DNA from: Candidatus Hydrogenedentota bacterium
GTDB taxonomy: Bacteria; Hydrogenedentota; Hydrogenedentia; Hydrogenedentales; SLHB01
NCBI GenBank assembly: GCA_963674865.2
Contig: CAXXYE010000001.1
Span: forward strand, 320,001 to 384,000
Direction of reading: 5' to 3'
Length of the DNA: 64,000 nucleotides
Shown here piece by piece: positions 1 through 9,678 of the stretch. Each line of letters starts with the position of its first letter. Within the stretch, counting starts at the first letter, position 1. The notes beneath the pieces were generated by a model that was given only the letters and a program-made list of their open reading frames with translations, was not told where the DNA came from and made no database searches. The position numbers were made by a program, and so were the translations under genes.

Positions 1-561
1 AAGTCCAAGCCCGGCGCCTCCATTATCGGCGAGGTCAAGTGTTCCAGGACGCTCTACGACGATATCGCCAAGCACGGCGGCAAGCCCATCATGTGGAAGA
101 CGGGCCACTCGCTGATCAAGGCGGCCATGAAGCAGTTCAAGGCCCAGCTTGCCGGTGAGATGAGCGGCCATATCTTTTTCAAGCACCGGTGGTACGGTTT
201 CGACGACGCCATCTACTCGGCCTGCCGGCTGCTCGAGTTCCTCTCCGCGGGCCGGAAGTCTCTTCACGAACATTTCGCGAATGTTCCGAAGACCTTCGTG
301 ACGGAAGAAATCCGTATTGAAACGAAAGAGGACAAGAAGTTCAGAATCGTGAATGAGGCCACTCGCTATTTCCAGAAGGAACTTGGCCTCGACGTCAACA
401 CCATCGATGGCGCCCGCATCGAGTTCACCGATGGCTGGGGCCTCGTGCGTGCCTCCAACACATCGCCGATGTTGGTTATGCGTTGTGAGGCGCAGTCCCG
501 GAAGCGGCTGAAAGAGATACGCGCACTCGTCGAGAACAAGGTAAACGAACTCAACCAATAA
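1..561 (+). CDS. Phosphomannomutase/phosphoglucomutase, C-terminal part (5' end outside the window)
   Basis: Frame is open from base 1 (KSKPGASIIGEVKCS...). Motifs KTGHSLIK, GEMSGH, DDAIY, DGARIEF..GWGLVRASNT match AlgC-type PMM/PGM. Confidence 0.93.
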   Translation, partial: KSKPGASIIGEVKCSRTLYDDIAKHGGKPIMWKTGHSLIKAAMKQFKAQLAGEMSGHIFFKHRWYGFDDAIYSACRLLEFLSAGRKSLHEHFANVPKTFVTEEIRIETKEDKKFRIVNEATRYFQKELGLDVNTIDGARIEFTDGWGLVRASNTSPMLVMRCEAQSRKRLKEIRALVENKVNELNQ

Positions 562-586
562 GCGCCGGCTCGGCGGGAAAGAGGCT

Positions 587-1621
587 ATGAAGGCGGTACG
601 TTACTACGGAGAAGGCGACTTTCGCGTGGAGGAGGTCCCCGAGCCGAAGCGGCGCCCGGACAATCTGGTGGCGCAGGTGCTTTGCACGGCTATCTGCGGA
701 ACCGATGTCAAGCTCTTTAAGCAAGATAATCCACGCTTCAAGAAGGGCCAAACCCTCGGCCATGAGTTCTGCGCCGAGGTGGTTCACGTGGGGGATGACG
801 TGCCCGGATGGGCCCTTGGCGACCGTCTGACTATGGCAACGTCGATCTCCTGCATGGACTGTCCGGCCTGTCGCGCAGGGCGCACCAATCTCTGCGATCA
901 CCTCACGCCCATCAGTGCCGATTACCCCGGCGCCTTCGCCGAGTTCATCGAAGTTCCTCCTGCGGGCATCCGAGGCGGCAACGCCGTCAAGGTTCCCGCC
1001 ACCGTGCCGAATGAGTGGGCCGCCCTCGCCGAGCCGTTGAGTTGCGCGATCAATGCCCAGCAAGAAGCCGGCGTCGGCCCGGGCGATTCCGTCCTGATTG
1101 TCGGCGGCGGCCCCTTAGGCTGTCTGCACGTCGAGGTGGCCCGTGCCTTTGGCGCCGCGAAGGTCTTCATCGTTCAGCGCTCTCAGCCGCGTTTGGGCCT
1201 ATGCGCCAAGATGCGCGTCGATGAGGTGATCGGCGGCGACGAAGATCTGGCCGGACGCGTCAAGGCGCTGACGGGGGGGCGCGGCGTGGACGTCGTGGTG
1301 GTGAGTGCTCCCAGTGCGGAAGCCCAGGCCACGGCGCCTGAACTGGCGGCCAAGGGTGGACGCGTCAGTCTGTTTGCGAGCCTGCCTAAGGATGCGCCCG
1401 ATATCATCATCAACAGCCGAACCGTCCACTACCGTCAAGTGTCCATCCACGGCGCCACCGACTCGACGCCCGCTCAGGTGCAGCTTGCCGTCGATCTTAT
1501 GGCCTCCGGGCAGATCCGCTGCGATGACATTATCACTCACAGTTTCCCGCTCGAGAAGATACACGACGGCCTGAGCGTCATGATCGAGAAGAGGGGACTC
1601 AAAGTGCTGATGATTCCCTAA
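587..1621 (+). CDS. Zinc-dependent medium-chain (sugar-alcohol/threonine-type) dehydrogenase
   Basis: ICGTD, GHE, CxxCxxCx7C structural Zn site, GGGPLG Rossmann motif. Confidence 0.9.
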   Translation: MKAVRYYGEGDFRVEEVPEPKRRPDNLVAQVLCTAICGTDVKLFKQDNPRFKKGQTLGHEFCAEVVHVGDDVPGWALGDRLTMATSISCMDCPACRAGRTNLCDHLTPISADYPGAFAEFIEVPPAGIRGGNAVKVPATVPNEWAALAEPLSCAINAQQEAGVGPGDSVLIVGGGPLGCLHVEVARAFGAAKVFIVQRSQPRLGLCAKMRVDEVIGGDEDLAGRVKALTGGRGVDVVVVSAPSAEAQATAPELAAKGGRVSLFASLPKDAPDIIINSRTVHYRQVSIHGATDSTPAQVQLAVDLMASGQIRCDDIITHSFPLEKIHDGLSVMIEKRGLKVLMIP

Positions 1622-1651
1622 GGCCGATTGCGCCCGCGTGGTAGGTGCAGG

Positions 1652-2548
1652 CTAGAACAGGGCCAAGTCCTTGAATGTCTCATATCGCGCGGCAATGGCG
1701 GCATCGTCCAGCGACGCCAGTCGCTCAACGCCGAAGGCTTCGCACGTGAATGAAGCCAGGACGCTGGCGTGGATGACGGCCTGACGCAGCGTGTCAAAAT
1801 CGACGGCGTCCGTCTGCGTCACATAGCCCATGAAGCCGCCCGCGAAAGTGTCGCCCGCTCCCGTGGGATCGACCACTTCTGCCAGTGGTAGCGCTGGCGC
1901 CGCGAACACGCGGTCCTCGCCGAAGAGGAGGCAGCCATGTTCGCCCTTCTTGACGACCACGGTGGAAGGCCCCAATTCGCGGATGGCTTCCGCGCCTTTG
2001 ACCAGCGTTCGCGCTCCCGTCAGATCTTTCACTTCCGAATCATTGATCAGGATGGCGTCGACCCGTTTCAGCACGGCCTTGAGGTCATCCAGCGCAATAT
2101 CGATCCATAAGTTCATCGTGTCCAGCGCCACAAAGGATGCGCTGGCCTGCTCCATAACCTCCATCTGCAAGGACGGGTGGATGTTTCCCAAGAAGAGGTA
2201 CTTCGCTTGGCGCGCCGCCTCGGGGAGCTTCGGATGGAATTCCTCGAACACGTTCAGCTGCGTGTCCAGCGTGTCCCGCACGTTGACGTCCTCATGGTAT
2301 CGCCCGCTCCAGCGGAAGGTTTTCCCGGCCGTGCGCTCCAGTCCTGCCAGGTCGATATCGCGCGTGGCGAGCAGCTCGACGTGCTCTTCGGGGAAGTCTT
2401 CGCCCACAACGCCTACAAGATGTACGCGCGTATAGTTGGCCGCGGCCAGGGAGAAGAAGGTGGCGGCTCCACCGAGCCCATTCTCATTCCGTCCCCAAGG
2501 TGTTTCGACCGTATCCAATGCAACGGATCCAACAACAGTTACGCTCAT
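1652..2548 (-). CDS. PfkB/ribokinase-family carbohydrate kinase
   Basis: N-terminal VVGSVALD..GGAA and C-terminal DPTGAGDTFAGGF PfkB signature. Start placed at MSVTVV. Confidence 0.92.
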   Translation of the reverse strand: MSVTVVGSVALDTVETPWGRNENGLGGAATFFSLAAANYTRVHLVGVVGEDFPEEHVELLATRDIDLAGLERTAGKTFRWSGRYHEDVNVRDTLDTQLNVFEEFHPKLPEAARQAKYLFLGNIHPSLQMEVMEQASASFVALDTMNLWIDIALDDLKAVLKRVDAILINDSEVKDLTGARTLVKGAEAIRELGPSTVVVKKGEHGCLLFGEDRVFAAPALPLAEVVDPTGAGDTFAGGFMGYVTQTDAVDFDTLRQAVIHASVLASFTCEAFGVERLASLDDAAIAARYETFKDLALF

Positions 2549-2641
2549 TCGCAAACGCTCCATTCTCCGGCTGTGTGTTACTAATAGCCCTTGGCCTGCC
2601 CGTCGAGCCGTGCAAGGCTAGGCACCGCGGCACATGGGCAG

Positions 2642-4027
2642 CTATTGCGCCTTCGCCCGCGTCTCCAATTCATCCGTGATCCCGAGCTGGTCCATCTTAT
2701 ACTTCAAGATGCGCCGCGTGGTACCCAACATCTCGGCGGCGCGTGACTGCACGTCGCCGCACCGTTCGAGGGCACGCTTGATAAGATGCCGTTCAAGGCG
2801 ACTCGTGGCTTCTTGCAGCGGAAGTCCGTCGAATTCCGCCAAGGTATCCGGCGGCTCTTCCCGCAGATTCGGCAGCACGCCGGCCAAGTGAGGCAGATCG
2901 ATCTCGTGTTCGTCGAAGTTGCACACGAGCAGGCGCTCCACCGTGTTCTCCAATTCGCGCACGTTGCCGGGCCATGAATAGGACGCCAGAGCCGCGACAG
3001 CCCGAAAGGTGAATCGCTTGGCCTTGGCGTTCACCCGCGGCGCGTGCTTTGCGACAAAATGGGCCACCAGGCGCGGCACATCCTCACGCCGCTGCCGCAG
3101 GGCCGGCATCTCAATGTGGAGAACATTCACTCGGTAGAACAGGTCCTCCCTGAATATGCCCTCCGTGATCGCCTGGCGCAAATTCCGATTGGTTGCGCAC
3201 ACAACGCGGATGTCCACCTCGATGACCTTGGAGCTGCCAACCGGATAGAACCGCCCATCCTGCAACACCCGGAGCAACTTGGCCTGGGCTTCGAGCGGCA
3301 TTTCGCCAATCTCATCGAGAAAGAGTGTCCCCTGATCGGCTATTTGCATCTTCCCGACGCGCCGATCCGTTGCGCCGGTAAATGCTCCTTTCTCATGGCC
3401 GAATAGCTCGCTCTCCACCAGAGACGCCGGAATCGCGCAGCAAGACACCGGCACAAAGGTCTTCTCCGCGCGTTTGCCTCCCGAATGGATGGCGCGCGCC
3501 ACGAGGTCTTTGCCCGTACCGCTCTCGCCCGTGATGAGCACTGTGGAGTCCACTTGCATGGCCTGGCGGGCCATGTTGAGCGCTCGTAGGAGCGCGTGGC
3601 TCTCACCAATGAGGCATTCGAATCCTCTCCGGTCGGCTTCACGCAGTACCTCGAGTTCTTGTCGCTCCCGCTGTTCTGAAAGCACGCGCTCGACGGTAAG
3701 CATGATGCCGTCCACGTCAAACGGCTTGATCACGTAGTCCCGCGCCCCCCGTTTTGTCGCCTCCACGGCCGTCGAGACGGAGTTGAGGGCGGTGACAACG
3801 ATGACGGGAGTCAGTTCCCCGCGCCGGGACATCTCATCCAGGAACCCCATGCCTCCCATGCCCGGCATCATGAGGTCCAAGAGCACCACGTCCACATGGT
3901 TTTCATCCAGGAGTCCCAGTGCCTCCTCGCCGCTCTCCGCCAGCAGCACGCGGTACTGCTCGGCAAAAACCATGCGATAGGATTGCCGGATGCCCCCTTC
4001 GTCGTCAATGGCCAGAATCGTCTGCAT
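2642..4027 (-). CDS. Sigma54-dependent response regulator (NtrC family: REC-AAA+-HTH)
   Basis: REC (IDDE...LLDLMMP...KPF), Walker A GESGTGKD, intact GAFTGA, Walker B FLDEIGE, WPGNVRELEN, C-terminal Fis-type HTH. Confidence 0.96.
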   Translation of the reverse strand: MQTILAIDDEGGIRQSYRMVFAEQYRVLLAESGEEALGLLDENHVDVVLLDLMMPGMGGMGFLDEMSRRGELTPVIVVTALNSVSTAVEATKRGARDYVIKPFDVDGIMLTVERVLSEQRERQELEVLREADRRGFECLIGESHALLRALNMARQAMQVDSTVLITGESGTGKDLVARAIHSGGKRAEKTFVPVSCCAIPASLVESELFGHEKGAFTGATDRRVGKMQIADQGTLFLDEIGEMPLEAQAKLLRVLQDGRFYPVGSSKVIEVDIRVVCATNRNLRQAITEGIFREDLFYRVNVLHIEMPALRQRREDVPRLVAHFVAKHAPRVNAKAKRFTFRAVAALASYSWPGNVRELENTVERLLVCNFDEHEIDLPHLAGVLPNLREEPPDTLAEFDGLPLQEATSRLERHLIKRALERCGDVQSRAAEMLGTTRRILKYKMDQLGITDELETRAKAQ

Positions 4028-5927
4028 TGCTCGCTTCCTTGCTTGGCAGGTGAAGCGCAAATGCGCTGCCGCCCTCCGGGTCGTTCACCAGAGTCAGATC
4101 ACCTTCATGCTGTTTCATAATGCGGTTCGCTATCGTCAATCCCAAACCCATGCCTTGCTCCTTCGTGCTGAAGAACGGCATGAAGATGAGTGCCGCGTCC
4201 TGCTCAGGCACTCCCGGCCCCGTATCCGAGATCACGATTTCGCACCCGCTATCGGACATCTCCGTGCGGACTTTCAGCCGGCCTCCCGCGGGCATGGCAT
4301 CGATCGAGTTCTGGACCACATTCTGGAGGGCCTGCGAGAAATGCGATGGATCTATCTCGGCGTTAGGCTCCTTCGGATCCAAGTGCGTCTCAAGTTCGAT
4401 GGCCTTCTCGCCCAAGGCCTTCTCGAAGGATCCCAACACGTTCCGCACCGTGTCGTTGACCTTGCATTGCTGGATCACCAGTCGTGGGTGCCGCGCGAAA
4501 CCGAACAACGTCTCGACGACATTGTTGATGCGGGCCACCTCTTTCTGGACCACGTCAGCGAAAGCCTCGCGGAAGTCGGGCGCGTCGTACTTGCGAGGGA
4601 GCAGTTGTGCGAAGGTGTTAATGGCCACCATGGGATTCTTGATCTCTTGGGCCACGCGCGAGGATAGATACTCCCAGAACGGGCTGTATGCGATCTCCTC
4701 GGCGGAGGCGCGCTCCTCAGGCAGTTGCGAGAACATGACGACCACGCCTTGGCCTTCGCCGAGGGGCGTCACGCTGAGGCCCAGCGTTGCGTCGATGGCA
4801 GAGTCTCGGATCTCTTGCCGGAGCCGCGGCTTTCCGTCACCCAGACAGCGCAGCACCACGTCGGCGAAACTCGACCCGAGTTTCTGAACGCTTTGGCCGA
4901 TGACGTCCGCCGCACGCGTCTGAAGGATGCGTTCAGCGCTCACGTTCAGCGACGCCACTCGTCTGTTGGGCAGCACCGTCACCACGCCCGCCGTTACGTT
5001 GTTGAGGATGCCGTCGAGCCAGTTCTGCTGCTTCGATGTCTTCCGGTAGCGGGCGGCGTTCTCGAAGGTGTTGGAAGCCGCCCGTGTAAGGGCCGACAAC
5101 ATCTCGCGCTCTTCGCGCGAGTAATCGAGTCCCGAGGCCTTGTCGCCTACGATCACCGCGCCGCAAACCTGCCCGTTCTTGAACAGTGGCGCGCCCAGGC
5201 GGGCGCCGATTACCTGAAGCTCCTTCACGGCATCGGGCGCGTCTAACACGGCGCGACGATCTATCAGGCATGCATGGGCTTCGAGCCAGCGCATCAAACC
5301 TGTCGCATAGTTCAACCGAAGGCTCTCCGACACCGTTGCGGGGATGCCCCTGCTGGCGATCACGCGGACACCTTCCCCGTTCTCCAGCAATACGGCGCTC
5401 CGGACGCAATCGAAGATATCCGTCATCGCGTCGAGAATCTGCTCGCTCAGGCGGCCGACGTCGGCGAGTTGACTTGATGTGCGCGTGAGCCATCGCAAAG
5501 CCATCTGGTACTGCCCCACCACGGGATCTGGCGCGGACGGTGTCCGAGGGGCCGGTCTGCCATCGGCGGCAGGCGTGGATAGATTGACAAGACTCTCCAC
5601 CGCGCGAGTCAGAGCATCACACGAAAACGGCTTCACCACGCACGCGCGCGCCCCGGCAAGCGTATAGCCTGCAAGGGTTTCCGCGTCACCACGACTCGAC
5701 AGCACCACGAGCGGCGTGTCAGGCGCGGCCTCCTTCAGGTGGGCGATGGCCTTCCTGCTAAGGCTCAACGAATCATCCAGAAGGATTACGTCGGGCCTCA
5801 CCGTTATCAGCCGCCGGATGGCGCCTTCCAAAGAAGGCTCCAGGAGGACGAGGTCCTCTTCCGGCAGCGCAGCACGCAGCGATTCACAGATCGCCCTGTC
5901 TTCTGCTATGGCCAGTATTACATTCAT
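4005..5927 (-). CDS. REC-GAF-PAS histidine-kinase homologue with Gln at the phosphoacceptor His position (candidate pseudokinase)
   Basis: N-terminal receiver (DVILLDD..KPF), GAF and PAS-like segments, H-box VAQEIKNP (CAA codon at 4647-4649). N, G1 (DTGPG), F (PFFSTK) and G2 (GMGLGL) boxes are intact. Confidence 0.85.
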   Translation of the reverse strand: MNVILAIAEDRAICESLRAALPEEDLVLLEPSLEGAIRRLITVRPDVILLDDSLSLSRKAIAHLKEAAPDTPLVVLSSRGDAETLAGYTLAGARACVVKPFSCDALTRAVESLVNLSTPAADGRPAPRTPSAPDPVVGQYQMALRWLTRTSSQLADVGRLSEQILDAMTDIFDCVRSAVLLENGEGVRVIASRGIPATVSESLRLNYATGLMRWLEAHACLIDRRAVLDAPDAVKELQVIGARLGAPLFKNGQVCGAVIVGDKASGLDYSREEREMLSALTRAASNTFENAARYRKTSKQQNWLDGILNNVTAGVVTVLPNRRVASLNVSAERILQTRAADVIGQSVQKLGSSFADVVLRCLGDGKPRLRQEIRDSAIDATLGLSVTPLGEGQGVVVMFSQLPEERASAEEIAYSPFWEYLSSRVAQEIKNPMVAINTFAQLLPRKYDAPDFREAFADVVQKEVARINNVVETLFGFARHPRLVIQQCKVNDTVRNVLGSFEKALGEKAIELETHLDPKEPNAEIDPSHFSQALQNVVQNSIDAMPAGGRLKVRTEMSDSGCEIVISDTGPGVPEQDAALIFMPFFSTKEQGMGLGLTIANRIMKQHEGDLTLVNDPEGGSAFALHLPSKEASNADDSGH

Positions 5928-5932
5928 TTCCT

Positions 5933-8434
5933 CTAGACCCCGGTCGGTACCGCTGTTATTGCCAACGGAAGTGTGACGACAAATGATGTGCCTTCGCCCA
6001 CTCTACTCTTGACGTCGATCTCGCCGCTATGTTCAGTGACGATGCCGTGTACTACGGCCAATCCCAAACCCGATCCTTCCGCCTTCGTTGTGTAAAACGG
6101 CGTGAAGAGTTGATCTATGCTGTCCTCGGGAATGCCGGGGCCTGTGTCTGCCACGGTGACCCTCACGCATTCCGCCTCTAAGAGCGTTTGCCTGCCGTTC
6201 TGACGCCGCAGGTGCATCCGGCCAAGCTCCGCCCGCAGCGTCAAGCTGCCGCCATCCGTTTGTGTCAGCGCGTCAATTGCGTTGAGCACAAGGTTGAGGA
6301 ATAGCTGGTGCAGTTGTTGGTCATCCCCGTGCACCTGAATGCTCTCTTCCGGGAAATCCACATGAACCTGTATCTTGGCCTTGTGCGTCTGGTTTTTCAC
6401 AAGTCCGAGAACGTGGTCGAGGATACCACGCACGTTGCGCGGAGCGAACTCGACTGGTTTGGGGCGAGAGAAATCCAGGAGCTGAGAGACGATGGCGTCG
6501 ATGCGTTCCACCTCGTGCGGCACCACACTCGCGAAGGTCCCGCGAAAATCCGGATCGTCATACCGGCTCATCAGCAGTTGTGTGAAAGTCTTGATCGACA
6601 CCAGGGGATTCTTGATTTCGTGGGCCATGCCGGCAGCCAGCGTGCCTATCGACGACAAGTGTCCTGCCCGCTGCACGTTCTGCTCAAGCCGCTTGACCTG
6701 CGAGAGGTCGTAGATCATAGCCATCGCGCCCGTTGTCACATTGTCTCGTGTGAACAGGCATGACGATGACATCACGACAGGTACGGACTCGCCGTCGGGC
6801 GTTTTGACCACCGTCTCGAAGTCCGTGATGGCGCGGCGCTCCCGGAGTGTTTGCTCAAGAAGCTGCGCGAGTTCCGGCGTAAGCCAGGCAAGATTGCGGC
6901 CGATCTCCACCGGGCCGAGTATTCTCGCGGCGCTCTGGTTAACCGTCCGCACATCACCTTTCGTGTCAACCGCTATCACGCCGCCGCGCATCTTGCTCAG
7001 AATCTCGCTGAAGTGGGCGTTTACCTCCTCGATCTGGCGATACAGCCGCGCGTTCTCGATAGCCGCGGCCACGGGCGTGGCGATGGCCGTCAATACCATC
7101 AGATCTTCCGACGAGTAGATTTGTCGCGAGGTCTTGCGCCCTAGGAGTAGTGCGCCGACGAGCCCGGAAGTTGTCTCCAGAGGAAGGCACAGGTAGGTAT
7201 CCAATTCCGCGAGGTGCTCCGCCACCGAGATAGATTCCGGTGTTGGCCGCGAGCGAACGAGTTTCTCGAGCACCAGGGGATCTGGATTGCGTTCGAGATG
7301 GCGAATCAGCGGCGTATGTCCGCGCAAAGGAGTGCCTATCTCCTTCGTATCGCTCGAGTATTCGATAACAAAGGCTGCCGGATCTTGATCGTCAAGCAGC
7401 ACCACGCGAGCCTTGCCGATACCTATGGTAAGCCGGAGGTCCTCAACGACGGTTCGCAGAAGCTCGTCCAGTTGAACGATCTGCCCGGCGTTGCGGCTGA
7501 TACGCGCCACGAGGCGGTTCGTGTCGTACCGCCTTTTCACGATGGCGCGGTCCACGACCAACTGAACACGTTCCTTCAGCGGTTCGATCACAACGGCGAT
7601 GATGAGCGCCGCGAGGCCCGTTGACAGTATCCTACTCGCGTGGCCGCTTGCACTGAGCGTGAGGTGGACGAGCGATATCGTGCTGAAGAAGGTCAGCATG
7701 ACGAAGCCCGTCACCACCGCATATACCGTGGTTCGGGAAACGATGACCCGGATGTCCAGCAGGTGATACCGCACCATGGCGTACGCAAAGATCGCCATCA
7801 TGAGGACGGTGAACATCGGGCCGTAGGGCTCCAGGCCGACGATGTGCAGCGCCGGCGCCACCACGTTTGTCAGGTACGCGAGCGTGGTGGTCAGGAAGAT
7901 CCCGAGCAGCACGTGTTGGATCTGCAGACGTTCAAGCCCGGAGGAAGCAAGGAGCTTTCTAATCAACGTGGGATACGACAGCAGCATGGTGAGCAGGATG
8001 CAGGCTGCGAAGACATACAGGATCGGCCCGTAGGTGACCTCCGGCGGGCCGTCCGGCTGGACGGCGACGTCAGTTACATACCATGGCGTGAAGGCGCCGA
8101 TAATCATCACCGGCGTCGCCAGCAGGAGCACCCACAAGAGCGGCCTGAAGCCCTGGTACCTCTCCCTAGGGAAATAGCCTACGAAGAGGTGAAACGCCAA
8201 GGGCATGGGGGAGGAGACAATGAACGTCACCAGCACCCAGGAGCGCGCTACCGATTCGGCATGGCTGTTGATAATGGCGGCTACGCCCAGTGCCCAGAAG
8301 CCCAACACTGTCGCCAACAGCGTAAACGTTCGGTGGGTCGGCTTGTGTGGATTGCGTACGAACACGACTACCGCCAAGATGAAACACGACACCGCCGATA
8401 CGATTAGCAGTGCGGTTGGCATGGCGGTATTCAT
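5933..8434 (-). CDS. Membrane sensor histidine kinase (N-terminal multi-TM domain, GAF, PAS, HisKA, HATPase)
   Basis: About 290 aa hydrophobic multi-TM N-terminus, GAF segment, H-box MAHEIKNP, DTGPG, PFYTTK, GSGLGL. Confidence 0.93.
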   Translation of the reverse strand: MNTAMPTALLIVSAVSCFILAVVVFVRNPHKPTHRTFTLLATVLGFWALGVAAIINSHAESVARSWVLVTFIVSSPMPLAFHLFVGYFPRERYQGFRPLLWVLLLATPVMIIGAFTPWYVTDVAVQPDGPPEVTYGPILYVFAACILLTMLLSYPTLIRKLLASSGLERLQIQHVLLGIFLTTTLAYLTNVVAPALHIVGLEPYGPMFTVLMMAIFAYAMVRYHLLDIRVIVSRTTVYAVVTGFVMLTFFSTISLVHLTLSASGHASRILSTGLAALIIAVVIEPLKERVQLVVDRAIVKRRYDTNRLVARISRNAGQIVQLDELLRTVVEDLRLTIGIGKARVVLLDDQDPAAFVIEYSSDTKEIGTPLRGHTPLIRHLERNPDPLVLEKLVRSRPTPESISVAEHLAELDTYLCLPLETTSGLVGALLLGRKTSRQIYSSEDLMVLTAIATPVAAAIENARLYRQIEEVNAHFSEILSKMRGGVIAVDTKGDVRTVNQSAARILGPVEIGRNLAWLTPELAQLLEQTLRERRAITDFETVVKTPDGESVPVVMSSSCLFTRDNVTTGAMAMIYDLSQVKRLEQNVQRAGHLSSIGTLAAGMAHEIKNPLVSIKTFTQLLMSRYDDPDFRGTFASVVPHEVERIDAIVSQLLDFSRPKPVEFAPRNVRGILDHVLGLVKNQTHKAKIQVHVDFPEESIQVHGDDQQLHQLFLNLVLNAIDALTQTDGGSLTLRAELGRMHLRRQNGRQTLLEAECVRVTVADTGPGIPEDSIDQLFTPFYTTKAEGSGLGLAVVHGIVTEHSGEIDVKSRVGEGTSFVVTLPLAITAVPTGV

Positions 8435-9675
8435 CAGTTCACACGCTTCAACACCGTTGCGCTGTGCGTCCCGCCGAAACTCATCGCGGAAACCAGCGCG
8501 GAGTCTATGTCATTGAGCCTCGATTGATTCGGCACGAAATCCAGGTCGCATGCCGGATCCGGATCCTCTAGGTTGAGCGTAGGCGACACCACGCCCTCCG
8601 AAAGGGCCAGTAGCGCCGCGGCCAGGCCCAAGAGGCCGCCAACGGCATATGCTTGTCCCGTCATCGATTTCACCGCCGAGATCGGCTTGCGGTACGCTGC
8701 GTCACCGAAGACACGCTTGTACGAACTCGTCTCACTGCGATCGTACATTTCCAGTGATACACCGTGTGCCTGGATGTGGTCGATTTCCTCGGGACGCAGG
8801 CCTGCGTCAGCGATGGCCTCTTGCGCTGCACGGGCGAGCGCTTTGCCCTCCGGATCCAGGATCAGTGGATTCATGCCTTCCGCGGCCGAGCCGCTACCCG
8901 CTACCTCGGCCAAAATGGGAGCCCCCCGAGCGTGAGCCCGGCTTGCGTGTTCGAGCACCAGTGCCACCGCACCCTCGCTCAACACGATGCCGTCTCGATG
9001 GCGATCAAAGGGACGCATCGCCTTCTCTGGATCGTTATTGCGCTTCGATAGAATTCCCAGGCATGAGGCCGTTGCGTACGACATGGGAAATATGGGTGTT
9101 TCCGTCGCTCCAACGAGTGCCGCGTCGGCCCGTCCCAACCTGAGCTGCGTCACGCCCCACGTCAGTACATCCAGTCCGGTGGCGCATCCACTCCCGATCG
9201 TGATTGCAGGGCCCCTGAAACCTAGGTCAATCGTCACATGCACCGTCGCGGAATGCCCCGTGAACTTCGAGGAGGCCAGCTTGCCCAGTCGCTTGTATCC
9301 CATGGTTTCAAAGGCTTCCTGATGATCCCGGTACTCCTCATTTGGGCTGCCCACGCTCGTGCCGATCGCTGTAGCGATGCGTTCACCGTCGTAACCCGCC
9401 TTAGCCAGTTCGGCGTCGCTCACGGCGAGCTTCGCGCTCGCAACCGCTTGATGCACATGCCGGCACCAGTTCCGCACAATGCGCTTACGCATGAAGTCTT
9501 CTGGATTGAAATCCCAGAGCTGGCCGCCGATCTGACAGGGGAAGTCCGACGGATCGAACCGATCCACCTGGCGAATACCTGACTTGCCTTGGCGCAACGC
9601 ATCCCAAAACGCATGGCGCCCAATCCCATTGCACGAGAGGATCCCCATACCTGAGATTACGATAGGTTCTCGCAT
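8434..9675 (-). CDS. FabF/KAS II-like beta-ketoacyl synthase homologue with an atypical active site
   Basis: FabF-fold motifs GKSGI..FD, GCATG (Cys kept), RPFDRHRDG..EGA, AHG, KSMTGQ (His->Gln), SFGG. Confidence 0.88.
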   Translation of the reverse strand: MREPIVISGMGILSCNGIGRHAFWDALRQGKSGIRQVDRFDPSDFPCQIGGQLWDFNPEDFMRKRIVRNWCRHVHQAVASAKLAVSDAELAKAGYDGERIATAIGTSVGSPNEEYRDHQEAFETMGYKRLGKLASSKFTGHSATVHVTIDLGFRGPAITIGSGCATGLDVLTWGVTQLRLGRADAALVGATETPIFPMSYATASCLGILSKRNNDPEKAMRPFDRHRDGIVLSEGAVALVLEHASRAHARGAPILAEVAGSGSAAEGMNPLILDPEGKALARAAQEAIADAGLRPEEIDHIQAHGVSLEMYDRSETSSYKRVFGDAAYRKPISAVKSMTGQAYAVGGLLGLAAALLALSEGVVSPTLNLEDPDPACDLDFVPNQSRLNDIDSALVSAMSFGGTHSATVLKRVN

Positions 9676-9678
9676 GAC

